Virus record (IMG/VR): IMGVR_UViG_3300037247_000847
Location: 31,948 to 95,947 of that record
Source of the DNA: a virus
DNA: 64,000 nucleotides
Strand: one strand, 5' to 3'
The notes below the pieces were generated by a model, which was given only the letters and a program-made list of their open reading frames with translations, was not told where the DNA came from and ran no database searches. Made by a program: the position numbers and the translations under genes. Shown one piece after another: positions 28,301 to 37,708 of the stretch. Each line of letters opens with the position of its first letter. The first letter of the stretch is position 1.

Positions 28301-28831
28301 TCTGGTAGTGAAGGTGTAGATGAGTTACGAGGTGAAGCCCCCAACGCGTCTCTTGAAACGATCTTGGTCTCTAACGCCAGTGGCGAATCAACTGTTGACG
28401 AAACCGTGGCTGCGGTTGATCAACTATTTGGTGGTGGTGAATTTCTCAAGCGTGTGGCCAAGGTAGAAAGTAATTTTGGTGCTGATAAAGGTACCTTTAG
28501 AAAGAGGGGTGACCGGGGTATTTGGCAGCTCAATCAAAAGACAGGCTTCGAGGCAACTAAAGACGTCAAAGCACATCCTGGTCTTAAAAAGGCACATGAA
28601 AAAATTCGTGAGGAATTTGGGATCGACTGGAATGAGGTATCGTTCGAGGACTTAGGGAAGCCACTAATCTCCGCCCTTGCGGCGCGGTTGTTCCTGCTCA
28701 CTATCCCTGAGAAAATCCCCGATACACTTGAAGGACAAGCTGTGTACTGGAAGAAGCACTATAATACGGTTAAAGGTAAAGGTACGACTAAGAAGTTTAT
28801 CGAGGACAACTCAATCGAAGTTGAAGGGTAG
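25343..28831 (+). CDS. Large internal virion protein with C-terminal lysozyme-like domain
   Basis: 1162 aa helical protein; C-terminal VAKVESNFG...GIWQL...YWKKHYNT..GKG. Confidence 0.7.
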   Translation: MVRIAPSGGRTRRKGGAISLAGADVPIVTPARDPGLNVPLIPIPGGEMGGVIGEGLQSLGNVLDQGANLALQVVQRDEGLARDADETSYSDTLQDTIRDLQKTADLSDSALVEAAGEKMFQEKMRILSEHKGGKISSTLLDNRLTKMHNRFADTLAVININAADTRLNLAVDRKISSIARDVLTDPDVLMSEDPLESFRFHTGQLEEEIDFLELRPDQARIVRQVGRSEIALSMITPLIKNGQFERAKVLLRSDEIAEVLSPGQHRDAIQRVIDAERKSVEVKNEGQEFLNTARTILGPTATDDDVRDAAAQMAGMEQDGGFKIVDVGGGKVVAVNEDTLEVQTLVSGPTEDEKVALESRLENARLIARKDVMSSMAVDAGLGQLFGVAPTEPVSGEGEKSKPAAPTATEKEGAPAGPEVVPPLSEEAVSTPFGPEEEPASSDMQSVLGLMALSRRFFLIGDNVSANGLLSQARMIVDNSREIQEQRELDKPITNVEMLRELGLPLGATMRQGAGRMLQSAEQLQSVRQKGERITLDEAREFQVPTTINRGELEAIQRDRERSGAGSAVPRTFEEKAQAGSLASARGRNQAQAEVQMRFVFETHQQVTDILEEIKDDPTLVGTVGAMRATGRTALTLLADLGFDNFVDAARDIASDQSDLGADEIFDFFDDPLLSALDLLSNSIGINRARLRNPIGRVPVEIIKRSIKDSDLTKFGGSEKIIDVLNRVLKDELGRRRNVLKKQFPGMFDPFEDGGEISEEQVIPPGIPEFRLEGGKFVPVIPDEASGGGSPEIPFKGEVEQDEIDKARLEAEERFPFIKQFSQVQVAPSTVQNKGGLGEFVEPDSPDNPLPGQFTITIGEGSRGLQGGVADTVVADMVHAAAEFSPEFQSLKKKLVKSFSKSELELARRRYNDDFKGKFTGSNFSTFENFLESFWTEGMVQHLLLPENSEIGSIQKNNPKAVPILNDIEALFKREPVSPTDSSGEISGSEGVDELRGEAPNASLETILVSNASGESTVDETVAAVDQLFGGGEFLKRVAKVESNFGADKGTFRKRGDRGIWQLNQKTGFEATKDVKAHPGLKKAHEKIREEFGIDWNEVSFEDLGKPLISALAARLFLLTIPEKIPDTLEGQAVYWKKHYNTVKGKGTTKKFIEDNSIEVEG

Positions 28832-28836
28832 ACGTC

Positions 28837-30702
28837 ATGGGTGAAATGTTAATACGGGATGAAGAAGGAAATGCTATTGGTATTTTCAATATTGAAGGTG
28901 ATAGCCCTAATGAGGTGGAGACACAAGCTCTTATTGAGTTTATGGGGCGTTCTGAAGATGAAGGCGAAGAAGATCCTCTTCCTTTACCTACACGTACTGT
29001 TTCTAACATTAGGGGTGGTGGTCGTACTGGGGTCCTAAGTATTGTAGAGGGATTAGAACCACCACCTGTTAATATTCCAGATCGTGAAGGACCTCTCGGT
29101 CTGATGCCACTTGAATCTAGAATGGGTGTTAGAAGGGGAGTTGAAGCGCAGCCAGGTCTCGTTCAGTTTGTTACCGAAATGACACCTAGTGCTTTAGGAA
29201 CTGCTGGTGGTGCGACCCTAGGAGGAGTACTCACGGCTGGTAATCCTCTCGGGATCATAGGTGGTGGTGTATTAGGAGGTTTTCTTGGTGAGCTTGCTGC
29301 TCAGGAGACTGGTATCGCTCCGACGAGTGAACTAAATCTATTACTTGCAGGTGGAGGTCCCTTAGGAGGCCCACTCGTGGGTGGAGTTCTAAAAGGGATT
29401 AAACGTGGGGCTGGCGCTGGGTTTACGAAGTTATTTCCTGCTGCTAGAGTAGCTAGAGCTCGTAATGTCATGGGTCGTGCTGTGAGTGAATTTGAAAGTA
29501 TCGGTGCGACTATACTTAATAAAATATCAGGTGTATCTACTCTTCCTGCTAGTGAACTCTATAAGGCAACCGCTCGAGCAAAAATTCGTATCCCTGTTGA
29601 CCAATTAAAGAGCACACGAGATGAGATTGCTGCACTAGTTAAAAGGCTCACTCCTTTATCTGCACTACCCGACGTAGGGCAGTCTCTAAAGGCTTTAGAG
29701 CAAGTTAGCGCGACTATGTTGAATAATCCTAAAGGGGTTCTTTTATCAGAGTTTATTGAAGCTCGTGGTTTTATTGGTGCTATTATTGGTAACTTGACAA
29801 AGAAAGGTGGAACCAAGTTAAATGTCTCTAAGAGAGTCTTTGCTAAAATGACTGACGATCTAGATAGGTTCGCTAAGAGTCCTTTCAGAAAGGGTCGTCA
29901 AGCACGTTTGGCTAAATCAGCTATTAAGAGAGCAAAACTAGAATTTGCTGTAGAGAGAATACAAGGAAAGGTAGCACAATTTACTCAACGAAACGTCAAG
30001 GGTATTCCACCAGATGATACAGTAGTTAATTTTAAGAGTTTATCGAAATGGCTTGATGATGTTACCAATCCAAAACATAAGGCAAAATTTGACAAGAACT
30101 TTACAGAATCGCTGAAAGAACTCCTACCTGAGTTAAAAAAGAGAATAGATGTGCTTGCCAAGATGAGTGCAACTGGTAGTCCAGCTGGTCCTGGTTCTAT
30201 CGTAATTCGAGGACAATCAGCAAAGCTTGGTAGAGGACTCGTTGGTGGTGCACTAGGTTTTCTAGGTACAGGAGGTTCTGCAGCAGGCGCCGCAATCGGT
30301 GGCTTAGCATTTGCTCAGCTTCCAGAGATGATGGTTGCAATGCTTGTAACTAAGCCAGGTGCTGCTTTCTTAGAAGCTGCTGCAAAAGCGGGTAAGGGTA
30401 CTATTAATCATCGTGCTTGGCTTACGGCCTCAGAGATCGTGTTCCGTGTTCTTGGAGAAACTGGGGCGGGTAAAGGTGGTGTCCTTCGAGATGTCCTTGA
30501 GGATCTTGAGCCTTCTGCGGTTAAGAAGGGTGTATCCCCAAGAGGTGGGGGTCGAACAGGACCTTCGTCTAAATCCAAGGTCAAGACCAAAGCCAAAGCC
30601 AAAGAGACAGCTACTGGTGAAGTTACTATCGAGCCGAAGCGTACTCGTAAGCGTCTCTCGGAAGAGACAAAGGGTTTTTTGCGACCGCCAATCGCTAACT
30701 AA
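28837..30702 (+). CDS. Internal virion / DNA ejection protein
   Basis: Gly-rich hydrophobic segments (GGATLGG..., GGALGFLG...); last gene of the virion module. Confidence 0.6.
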   Translation: MGEMLIRDEEGNAIGIFNIEGDSPNEVETQALIEFMGRSEDEGEEDPLPLPTRTVSNIRGGGRTGVLSIVEGLEPPPVNIPDREGPLGLMPLESRMGVRRGVEAQPGLVQFVTEMTPSALGTAGGATLGGVLTAGNPLGIIGGGVLGGFLGELAAQETGIAPTSELNLLLAGGGPLGGPLVGGVLKGIKRGAGAGFTKLFPAARVARARNVMGRAVSEFESIGATILNKISGVSTLPASELYKATARAKIRIPVDQLKSTRDEIAALVKRLTPLSALPDVGQSLKALEQVSATMLNNPKGVLLSEFIEARGFIGAIIGNLTKKGGTKLNVSKRVFAKMTDDLDRFAKSPFRKGRQARLAKSAIKRAKLEFAVERIQGKVAQFTQRNVKGIPPDDTVVNFKSLSKWLDDVTNPKHKAKFDKNFTESLKELLPELKKRIDVLAKMSATGSPAGPGSIVIRGQSAKLGRGLVGGALGFLGTGGSAAGAAIGGLAFAQLPEMMVAMLVTKPGAAFLEAAAKAGKGTINHRAWLTASEIVFRVLGETGAGKGGVLRDVLEDLEPSAVKKGVSPRGGGRTGPSSKSKVKTKAKAKETATGEVTIEPKRTRKRLSEETKGFLRPPIAN

Positions 30703-30748
30703 TTAGGTTCCTGTATTCATGTATATGAGGTTATACAGAAAATAGGAG

Positions 30749-31159
30749 GTGGCTGTGCATGAAGTAATTGAAAGTGGTATGATCAAACCACTAATGTATG
30801 GTGAGGTATCAACTACTTGTCCTTGTTGTGGTCATGTGTCATACTCAACAACTGGTTTAATCAGTTTTGATTATTGGAAGGGGTTGGTCTTTAAGAAAGA
30901 TAAACGGATATGTTTAGAGCCTATGGAAGCTGATCTGTTAAAGATCTTGCTAGATAATTGGCCTAAAATCTGCTCTAGAGAGAAATTATTAGTAGGTCTC
31001 TACGGGGGTAATTATTGTGAAAGAGTATCTAGTGATAATGTTGGTGTACTTATATCTAAGCTTAGACATAAGATCAAGATATTTGATATTGAAATAAAGA
31101 ACACTAAACGTCGGGGGTGGTTGCTTGTTAAGAAACCTACAGAACGACGATTTAATTAA
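30749..31159 (+). CDS. OmpR/PhoB-type winged-helix DNA-binding protein with CPCCG motif
   Basis: L...E..LL..L.......SRE.L...LYG....V.ISKLRHKI.....I......GW pattern. Confidence 0.75.
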   Translation: MAVHEVIESGMIKPLMYGEVSTTCPCCGHVSYSTTGLISFDYWKGLVFKKDKRICLEPMEADLLKILLDNWPKICSREKLLVGLYGGNYCERVSSDNVGVLISKLRHKIKIFDIEIKNTKRRGWLLVKKPTERRFN

Positions 31160-31171
31160 GAGATAAAGAGA

Positions 31172-31279
31172 CCCCTCACAAGCCCGTAGACCAACGAAAC
31201 CAAATTAGGTAGGGTTTTTACCCTTGAAGGGTCAAATCCTCGTCTGCAGGCCTTGGAGGCGGTCCTAAAATAGGTTTAG
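31172..31279 (+). repeat. Dispersed structured repeat, copy 2
   Basis: 105/108 identical to the reverse complement of copy 3. Confidence 0.92.
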
Positions 31280-31287
31280 ACCTACAT

Positions 31288-31327
31288 ACGAAGATAGCCC
31301 CGGCACCTGTAATGGATGCCGGGGCTA
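31288..31327 (-). terminator. Intrinsic terminator at the convergence of the two arms
   Basis: 11-bp perfect stem TAGCCCCGGCA / TGCCGGGGCTA (31295-31327) about 20 nt after the HU stop, followed by TCTT on the - strand. Confidence 0.7.
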
Positions 31328-31346
31328 CATTCACGACCGGGTTTTG

Positions 31347-31769
31347 CTAGATTTCTCCAGCAGCCGCTTTTTTGAGATTCACAAGGGCGCGAATTTTTAC
31401 CCGCTTAGACGCTGGGCGGCCCTTACTCGGGACCATCCCACCAGTTGCAGGTGAACGAACCATAGTACCCTTCTTAATCGCAGGTTTGGTTTTCAGAGTG
31501 ACTTTGAACAGTCTTGGCATCATGAATTCACCTGCACCACCTGGACGAATAGACTTTTGGATGGCGTCAGTAAGACCGTCCATTGTCGCAGTTATGAGTT
31601 TCTTCATACTCTTCGACGTTATTTCTGATGTGATCTCTTCTTCTTGTTCCTCAACGTAATTCACCAAATAACCAACGAGTTGTGATTTGGTCATCTTGGT
31701 CTTGATAGTCTTCGATCCTGCCATTTTAGCTGCAGGACGAGACCCTTTGTTCTTACGCTTTTTTGCCAT
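31347..31769 (-). CDS. HU/IHF-family DNA-binding protein
   Basis: MTKSQLV, F.MP.LFKV, KPA...MVRSPATG, PASKRVKIRAL..LK. Confidence 0.85.
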   Translation of the reverse strand: MAKKRKNKGSRPAAKMAGSKTIKTKMTKSQLVGYLVNYVEEQEEEITSEITSKSMKKLITATMDGLTDAIQKSIRPGGAGEFMMPRLFKVTLKTKPAIKKGTMVRSPATGGMVPSKGRPASKRVKIRALVNLKKAAAGEI

Positions 31770-31828
31770 TGGTAGTACTCCTTTAGAGGTTTGAGATTAC
31801 TTATCACTCTTATAATACAGGAAAACTA

Positions 31829-32209
31829 CTAAATCTTGTTAGATAGTCTCTTACGGTGACGAGGGATAATAGATTTATCTCTTCCGAGTATACCTTGTAA
31901 CCATGGATCCCATCCTGGTAACCCAGCTCGAAAACAGGCTTCTATACTAGCATACATGGAGCCATTCTTATTTATTATGTCAGCACGAACTTGTTTGTAT
32001 TGAATACCAGGGAACTGAGTTTCCCAACTTTTAACAACACGTTTTGCCTCTCGGACATTTGGGAATGTAATTGCAGAATCTTGGCCAACTGGATCGAGCT
32101 TGGACCAAAATCCTAAACCCATAGCTGATCCTAGATAGATACCCTCACTTCTGGTGTATATAATTATTTGTCTACCTAGTCGTCTTCTATCCAACATCGT
32201 GTTCTCCAA
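31829..32209 (-). CDS. Hypothetical protein
   Basis: 126 aa ORF in the - operon. Confidence 0.65.
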   Translation of the reverse strand: MENTMLDRRRLGRQIIIYTRSEGIYLGSAMGLGFWSKLDPVGQDSAITFPNVREAKRVVKSWETQFPGIQYKQVRADIINKNGSMYASIEACFRAGLPGWDPWLQGILGRDKSIIPRHRKRLSNKI

Positions 32210-32215
32210 TATTAA

Positions 32216-32806
32216 TTAAGTTCGTCCTAGCCACACTTTTCCAAAACGGTCAATCTGACGTAATTCATCTGGTGTTTTAGTTTCTTGGTCTGGAACCTTA
32301 AGCTTGGAAGGTTGCGCCCCTGTTTTCTGGTCTTGATATTGACCAGAATAAGGTTGCTCTGTATGTTCGTCTAGATAATGAAACACAATCTGCGCGATAG
32401 GTGTACCTGCATTGAGAGTTAAGTCTTCTTTATCCAGCTGACGTCCTTGTGTAATTTGTTCGTCTCCTTGTTTCCAGGAATGGAGTAGGTGATATGAAAT
32501 TTCCAATGTTAGATATCCTCCCCACCCAGGATCTATAAAGGTATTCTGGACCAAAACACCAGCTCTTGCTAGTGAAGACTTGTCATGTACTACACCACAG
32601 ACGTTGTCTGGCATAGTAAAGTGTTCCATAGTAGATGCGAGTGTGACCAAACCTTCGTATAGATAAGTATCTTCTGCTAATCTCACATCATACGATGCTG
32701 CACCACAACCATAGCTAAGGTTAGTCGATTCGTGTATGGTTCTCTCACAAAATGGTAGTAAGATTTTAGCTTTCTTGATCGATTGGTACGACAACACACT
32801 CATCAC
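32216..32806 (-). CDS. dcd: dCTP deaminase (dUTPase-like trimeric fold)
   Basis: SYG...ASYDVRL, DKSSLARAG, IDPGWGGYLTLE, GTPIAQ, YSGQYQDQ. Confidence 0.88.
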   Translation of the reverse strand: MMSVLSYQSIKKAKILLPFCERTIHESTNLSYGCGAASYDVRLAEDTYLYEGLVTLASTMEHFTMPDNVCGVVHDKSSLARAGVLVQNTFIDPGWGGYLTLEISYHLLHSWKQGDEQITQGRQLDKEDLTLNAGTPIAQIVFHYLDEHTEQPYSGQYQDQKTGAQPSKLKVPDQETKTPDELRQIDRFGKVWLGRT

Positions 32807-32819
32807 ATTTCCTCTCTAT

Positions 32820-33329
32820 TTATCTTATCGCTGTTGATAACACAGTAAGTCCCCGACGTAATAATTCAATATCAGATTTCTCGTCCTTGCGGAGAGTATT
32901 GATGATAGCCGTCTCAACATCCTTGCCGCAAGCCTTTAGTATATTATACACGTCATCATATTTCTTTTTGACTTTAGCAAACTTCTTTTGGGCAGATTTA
33001 GATAGGTCTTCGATCGCAGGTGAAGTAAATTTCTCATGTCCAGAGGCTTGTACACCGGAAGAGCGGTGCAACATTGTTTCATAATTACGGGTTACTTTGC
33101 TAAGATGCTCAGCAGCCTCATATTGGTCTCTTGTAATAACCCCAACAAGATATAGTCGTCCGTAGTGCCATTCAGCTTCCTGTCGTGTTGCTAATCTACG
33201 GATCATTTGGCTAGGATAGGTCTCTAACAGGTTTAATAATTCTTGTTCACGATGTTGAAGTTCATATGCTCTAATAACAGGTTTATTACGTCTACCTGAT
33301 ATAGTCTTTTGCTTTTTGTGTTCTGTCAT
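32820..33329 (-). CDS. Hypothetical phage protein (possible regulator)
   Basis: 169 aa; GRLYLVGVITRDQYEAA pattern. Confidence 0.65.
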   Translation of the reverse strand: MTEHKKQKTISGRRNKPVIRAYELQHREQELLNLLETYPSQMIRRLATRQEAEWHYGRLYLVGVITRDQYEAAEHLSKVTRNYETMLHRSSGVQASGHEKFTSPAIEDLSKSAQKKFAKVKKKYDDVYNILKACGKDVETAIINTLRKDEKSDIELLRRGLTVLSTAIR

Positions 33330-33344
33330 AACTAATCCGATACG

Positions 33345-33452
33345 CTAAACCTATTTTAGGACCGCCTCCAAGGCCTGCAGACGAGGATTTGACCCTTCAA
33401 GGGTAAAAACCCTACCTAATTTAGTTTCGTTGGTCTAGAGGCTTGTGAGGGG
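33345..33452 (-). repeat. Dispersed structured repeat, copy 3
   Basis: Inverted near-identical partner of copy 2; begins 3 nt after the nrdJ stop. Confidence 0.92.
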
Positions 33453-33454
33453 AT

Positions 33455-35842
33455 CTAACCACAATTGGAGAAATTACAGGACAAACACGTTTGGCATCCT
33501 TCCTTACTAATTAGTGCTGGAGCTTGACATTGTGGGCACTGCTCCCCGACAATATTTTCCGAACTGTCATCAGCTAAGACTGTAACTTTTCCACTATTCT
33601 CGATACCAATCTTCAAGTGTGAAATCTTGTCAGAGAGTTGGACTTTGAGGTTACGACCCAGAATATCGTTGTGATACTTTGTTAGGTGATCTTCCAAGAC
33701 TGATCCGATTAGGGCTACTAGACTAGGAACATATTTCTTTCCTACCCAAGCACCCCCTAGACTAGAGTGAACCTCCTGTAGCTCCTTTATGATAAACATA
33801 AAGTCTCCACCTCGTCGGAAGATAGCAGAGATACTTCTAGTAAGAGCCATGATCCATTCTTGGTGACTAGCATCCTTGGTGTTAATAAATACCTCAAATG
33901 GACGACTGTATCCATGCTCGTCGATACAATTATTGATGGTAATGTAGTACGCGTGCTCTTGCCATTTGGTCTTGTAAGTTTTACCCGACAGTTCTGTTGG
34001 TCTTTTGATTATTGGAGATAATTGAGGTTGGTCTTTGGGTGTAGCTACAGAAAGTATAGAACCTCTAACTTTCTCCAAGATTTCGGACGGATGATACGTA
34101 GTGCATCCTTTTAGTTTCATATCATACGCAGTGATATAGACATCTTTGAAGTTCTCAAAGGTTATTTCTTTGGGACAATTAATAGTCTTGGAGATTGAGG
34201 CGTCTACGTATTCTTGACAGGTGGCTTGCATGTTTAGATGATCTTGTACTGTAAGATCATTAGTTGTGACCATGTAGTCGGGCATTTCTTTTATTATCTC
34301 TTCGTCGTCTCTGTCCGTTAGGTTCTTTACTTCCTTATAAAGTCGATAACCATAATCCTCTACCTGCTCGAATTCCTTGAACGATCCGTCTGCTTGACGC
34401 ATTTTTCTGTTGTATCTCCAAGCAAAGGTTGGTTCCAAGCCAGAGGAGACATTTCCGTAGTAAATTGATGTCGTACCTGTTGGGGCTATTGTTAGAAGTA
34501 CACTGTTTCGTATACCTATTCGAGATGAAATTTCATCTCGAATAGGTATTGGAAGCCTTTTGATAAATTTTCCTTGCATGTATTTGTCTACATCAAATAA
34601 TGGAAATTGACCACGTTCTAGAGCTAGATCAATTGATGCTAAGTAGGCACTATTTCTAATCTTTTCCATTACGAGACGAGTGGTTATGACAGCCGTCTCG
34701 CTACCATAACGTATTCCAAGTTGTTGAAGCATATTTCCTAGACCAGTTATCCCTAATCCGGTACGTCTTTTGTTCATAGACTCCATACGCTGTTCCGAAA
34801 TAGGATAGTGGGTTTCGTCAAGAACATTATCTAAGAACCTCATGGCTATTTTAGATACTTCTCCAATGCGATCAATTTTGAGAGAAGCATATTCGGAGAA
34901 TGGATTTTTGACCATAACGGCTAGATTAATAGCTCCTAGATCACAAGCACCATGTGGGGGTAAACTTTGCTCTCCGCACGGATTTGTGCAATTGATCTTT
35001 TCGCAGTACCACAAATTGTTTTGCTCATTGATACGGTCAATGAATATCACCCCCGGCTCTGCATAATCGTAGGTAGAGCGCATTATCTTTTCCCACAATT
35101 CTCTTGCGGGAAGTTTGTGGTATATGTACCATATCACATCATCCCCCTGTGTTATTTCTCCTACATGTTGTCCATCTAACCTTGGTTTGTTAAACCCAAG
35201 TAACCACTCTTTATCTTCTTTCACAGCCCTCATGAATTTGTCTGAGACAAGAATTGAAATATTGAAATTGGTTAAACGACCAGGAGTATGTTTTGCTTCG
35301 ATAAATTCCAACACATCTGGGTGATCACAAGCAAGTGTGGCCATCATGGCTCCTCGACGCCAGCCTGCAGCCATGATCGTTCCACACATAGTGTTCCATA
35401 AATCCATAAAGGTTATTGGTCCACTAGATGCGGTATTACGCTGACGTACTAATGCGCCTTTAGGACGAAGGGTTGAAAAATCCATTCCAATCCCACCACC
35501 CATCTGCTGTGTCAAGGAGGCTACTTCGAGAGACTGCATAATACCCATTATGTTTGGTTCATCTGACTCTGTCACCATGGAGTCTTCAATCGTAGGTGAG
35601 ACAAAACAGTTGATCAAAGTTACTTTCCTACCAGTTCCAGCTCCCGCATGAATGCGCCCAGCTGGACACCATTCAAGACTTTTCATTACGTTTAATGCGT
35701 CTCCGAAGTGGGGTCCATCCATGTCGTGTAGGTAGACACCTCTACAAACTCGTTCGTGTGTATCCCAAATCGTCTCTTCGTCTCCATTACGGTACTTTTC
35801 ACGCCAAACAATATTCGTTATTTCCTGCGTCTCTAACTTCAT
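33455..35842 (-). CDS. nrdJ: Class II (adenosylcobalamin-dependent) ribonucleotide reductase
   Basis: PAGRI, TLINCFV, GGGIG.DFS.LRP.G, RRGAMM, TNPCGEQ, TIAPTGT, C-terminal RPFEVFIN domain and EGC..C..C..S.C; no beta subunit nearby. Confidence 0.9.
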   Translation of the reverse strand: MKLETQEITNIVWREKYRNGDEETIWDTHERVCRGVYLHDMDGPHFGDALNVMKSLEWCPAGRIHAGAGTGRKVTLINCFVSPTIEDSMVTESDEPNIMGIMQSLEVASLTQQMGGGIGMDFSTLRPKGALVRQRNTASSGPITFMDLWNTMCGTIMAAGWRRGAMMATLACDHPDVLEFIEAKHTPGRLTNFNISILVSDKFMRAVKEDKEWLLGFNKPRLDGQHVGEITQGDDVIWYIYHKLPARELWEKIMRSTYDYAEPGVIFIDRINEQNNLWYCEKINCTNPCGEQSLPPHGACDLGAINLAVMVKNPFSEYASLKIDRIGEVSKIAMRFLDNVLDETHYPISEQRMESMNKRRTGLGITGLGNMLQQLGIRYGSETAVITTRLVMEKIRNSAYLASIDLALERGQFPLFDVDKYMQGKFIKRLPIPIRDEISSRIGIRNSVLLTIAPTGTTSIYYGNVSSGLEPTFAWRYNRKMRQADGSFKEFEQVEDYGYRLYKEVKNLTDRDDEEIIKEMPDYMVTTNDLTVQDHLNMQATCQEYVDASISKTINCPKEITFENFKDVYITAYDMKLKGCTTYHPSEILEKVRGSILSVATPKDQPQLSPIIKRPTELSGKTYKTKWQEHAYYITINNCIDEHGYSRPFEVFINTKDASHQEWIMALTRSISAIFRRGGDFMFIIKELQEVHSSLGGAWVGKKYVPSLVALIGSVLEDHLTKYHNDILGRNLKVQLSDKISHLKIGIENSGKVTVLADDSSENIVGEQCPQCQAPALISKEGCQTCLSCNFSNCG

Positions 35843-35856
35843 CGCAACCTCCTTAT

Positions 35857-37707
35857 TTAGATCTCTAGGTGTGAACCTTTTGTGTCCTTGACTACTGTTA
35901 TAACTCCGTCAAAAGGAAAATCGAGATTGTGCTGATCAATTAACCAAATTTGTTTATTGTGTTGTTTAGCTGTCTCTTGTAATAATTCGAGCATATCATC
36001 TTCCCCCGATCCTGATAACCAATAGAGACGCTCGTCCCACACCTGAATATTACAGTCTTGGTTAAATTGATGAAGAATTAGATTTGATAATGCTAAAGTA
36101 CCCGCTAACCGTAGACGTTGTCCCTCTCCCCCAGACCAAATCTCCCAAGGTTTTGGACTAGAATTTGAGTTGATACCTGGATCAACCATTACTCGGAAGC
36201 CTCTGCTTATCTTACCTGCTTTGGTTTCACGTTCGACTTCCATACTTACAGACCAATCAGCCATTCCAAGGTCTGCTAGATAGCTATTTACTTCCACCTG
36301 AAGAGATGTAAGTGCCTCGTCTACTTCAAATAGTCGTATATCCTTAAAACCTCGAACCCAGTATTTTGCTAATTGTATATCATTATTTAATTCAGCTAAA
36401 CTCTTTCGTGCTTCTTTCATCTCCCGTTTGTTATGTTTTAATCTCTTTTTACACTTTTGGATCTTTTTGTCATAAAACTCACTTAGTTGATCTAGTTGTG
36501 CTATTTGATTATTGATAGAATGGATCTTATTATCCAATCCCTTGATGTCAGAATTGGCCTGATTCAAGCTAAGGAATATTTTGGTAGACTTAGAGTGATC
36601 TAGCTTCTTTTTGAGTTCTTCGAGATCACTGAGTTTATCACTATATATTCCGATTTCAAGATCGTGATTCAGCTGTAAGTCACTTAGTGAATTACTATAA
36701 TCCTTTTTTCTCTTTGTTATACGTTGTTTTTTCGATCTGCGATGTTGTGGTGATATTTTCTGTTTGCAGACAGGGCAGGTATCCTTTGACTCCAGTAAGT
36801 CGATAAGATCCTCATCTAAGCTCTCAATACGAACCTGAGTCTCTTTTAGCTTACCCTCTGTATTACGTATTTCGTTTGTAATAGTACCTAGATCTTTAGC
36901 TAATGCTCCAATCTTTATGGCTAGTTTATTATCCTTGGTCGTACGGGTTTCGAATTTTTCTTGCAAATTTACAGTTCGACTTTTAAGATCTGATTTTTTA
37001 GTTTTGATCTCACGTAGCTTGCGTTTCAGGACCCTCTGTGAATTACCAAACGATGCAGTCTTTTCGTCTGCTTCTACCATAGTTGAACTCAGAGTGTTTT
37101 TAAGCTCACTTCGTATCCCTTCTAATCGTGATAAGGTTTTCTCAAATTCGAGTTGGTCTTCTCTTAATACTGATAATGTTGTAGTAACCCGTTGTGAGCA
37201 TTCCAACCAATAATCCAAATTGAGTAGTTCGGTAAAGACTGATAACTTATCTCTTGGTTTTAAGTCGAAAAACATTTGAGAGAATTGACCTATTACGATA
37301 CTGTTTTGAAATGTATTTGAGCTGAAGCCGATGATGTCTTCAAGTTGCTCCTGCTTAACGCCACGTTCACGACTACCACGTGTGACAAGTAAATTGTTGG
37401 GACGATAACTCCTGGTAATACGCCTCTTTTTACCATTGGTTCTGTAGGTGATTTCAGCCCATGGTGTACCTGTATTCTGCCATGGTACTAGTTGAGGTGT
37501 TTTCGTCCCTCTAATACTAGATCCAAACAGACACCAATGTAGTACGTCAAAGATTGTACTCTTTCCCGCACCATTGGATCCTAATTCGGGGTCCACTCTG
37601 TTTTCTCCAGAGATGAAATGAAGTCCAGAACCAAAAGATGTAAAATCCAATTCGTGCTCACCTGTGAACGATTTAAAATTGGACCATTTAAGTTTGAGTA
37701 TGTCCAT
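35857..37707 (-). CDS. sbcC: SbcC/Rad50/T4 gp46-like ATPase
   Basis: Walker A GSNGAGKST, coiled coil with CPVC zinc hook, signature SGGEGQR, WDE. Confidence 0.9.
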   Translation of the reverse strand: MDILKLKWSNFKSFTGEHELDFTSFGSGLHFISGENRVDPELGSNGAGKSTIFDVLHWCLFGSSIRGTKTPQLVPWQNTGTPWAEITYRTNGKKRRITRSYRPNNLLVTRGSRERGVKQEQLEDIIGFSSNTFQNSIVIGQFSQMFFDLKPRDKLSVFTELLNLDYWLECSQRVTTTLSVLREDQLEFEKTLSRLEGIRSELKNTLSSTMVEADEKTASFGNSQRVLKRKLREIKTKKSDLKSRTVNLQEKFETRTTKDNKLAIKIGALAKDLGTITNEIRNTEGKLKETQVRIESLDEDLIDLLESKDTCPVCKQKISPQHRRSKKQRITKRKKDYSNSLSDLQLNHDLEIGIYSDKLSDLEELKKKLDHSKSTKIFLSLNQANSDIKGLDNKIHSINNQIAQLDQLSEFYDKKIQKCKKRLKHNKREMKEARKSLAELNNDIQLAKYWVRGFKDIRLFEVDEALTSLQVEVNSYLADLGMADWSVSMEVERETKAGKISRGFRVMVDPGINSNSSPKPWEIWSGGEGQRLRLAGTLALSNLILHQFNQDCNIQVWDERLYWLSGSGEDDMLELLQETAKQHNKQIWLIDQHNLDFPFDGVITVVKDTKGSHLEI

Positions 37708-37708
37708 T

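Noticed and set aside
30711-30738. LexA/SOS box
   Set aside because: CTGT...ACAG spacing is 20 nt rather than 8
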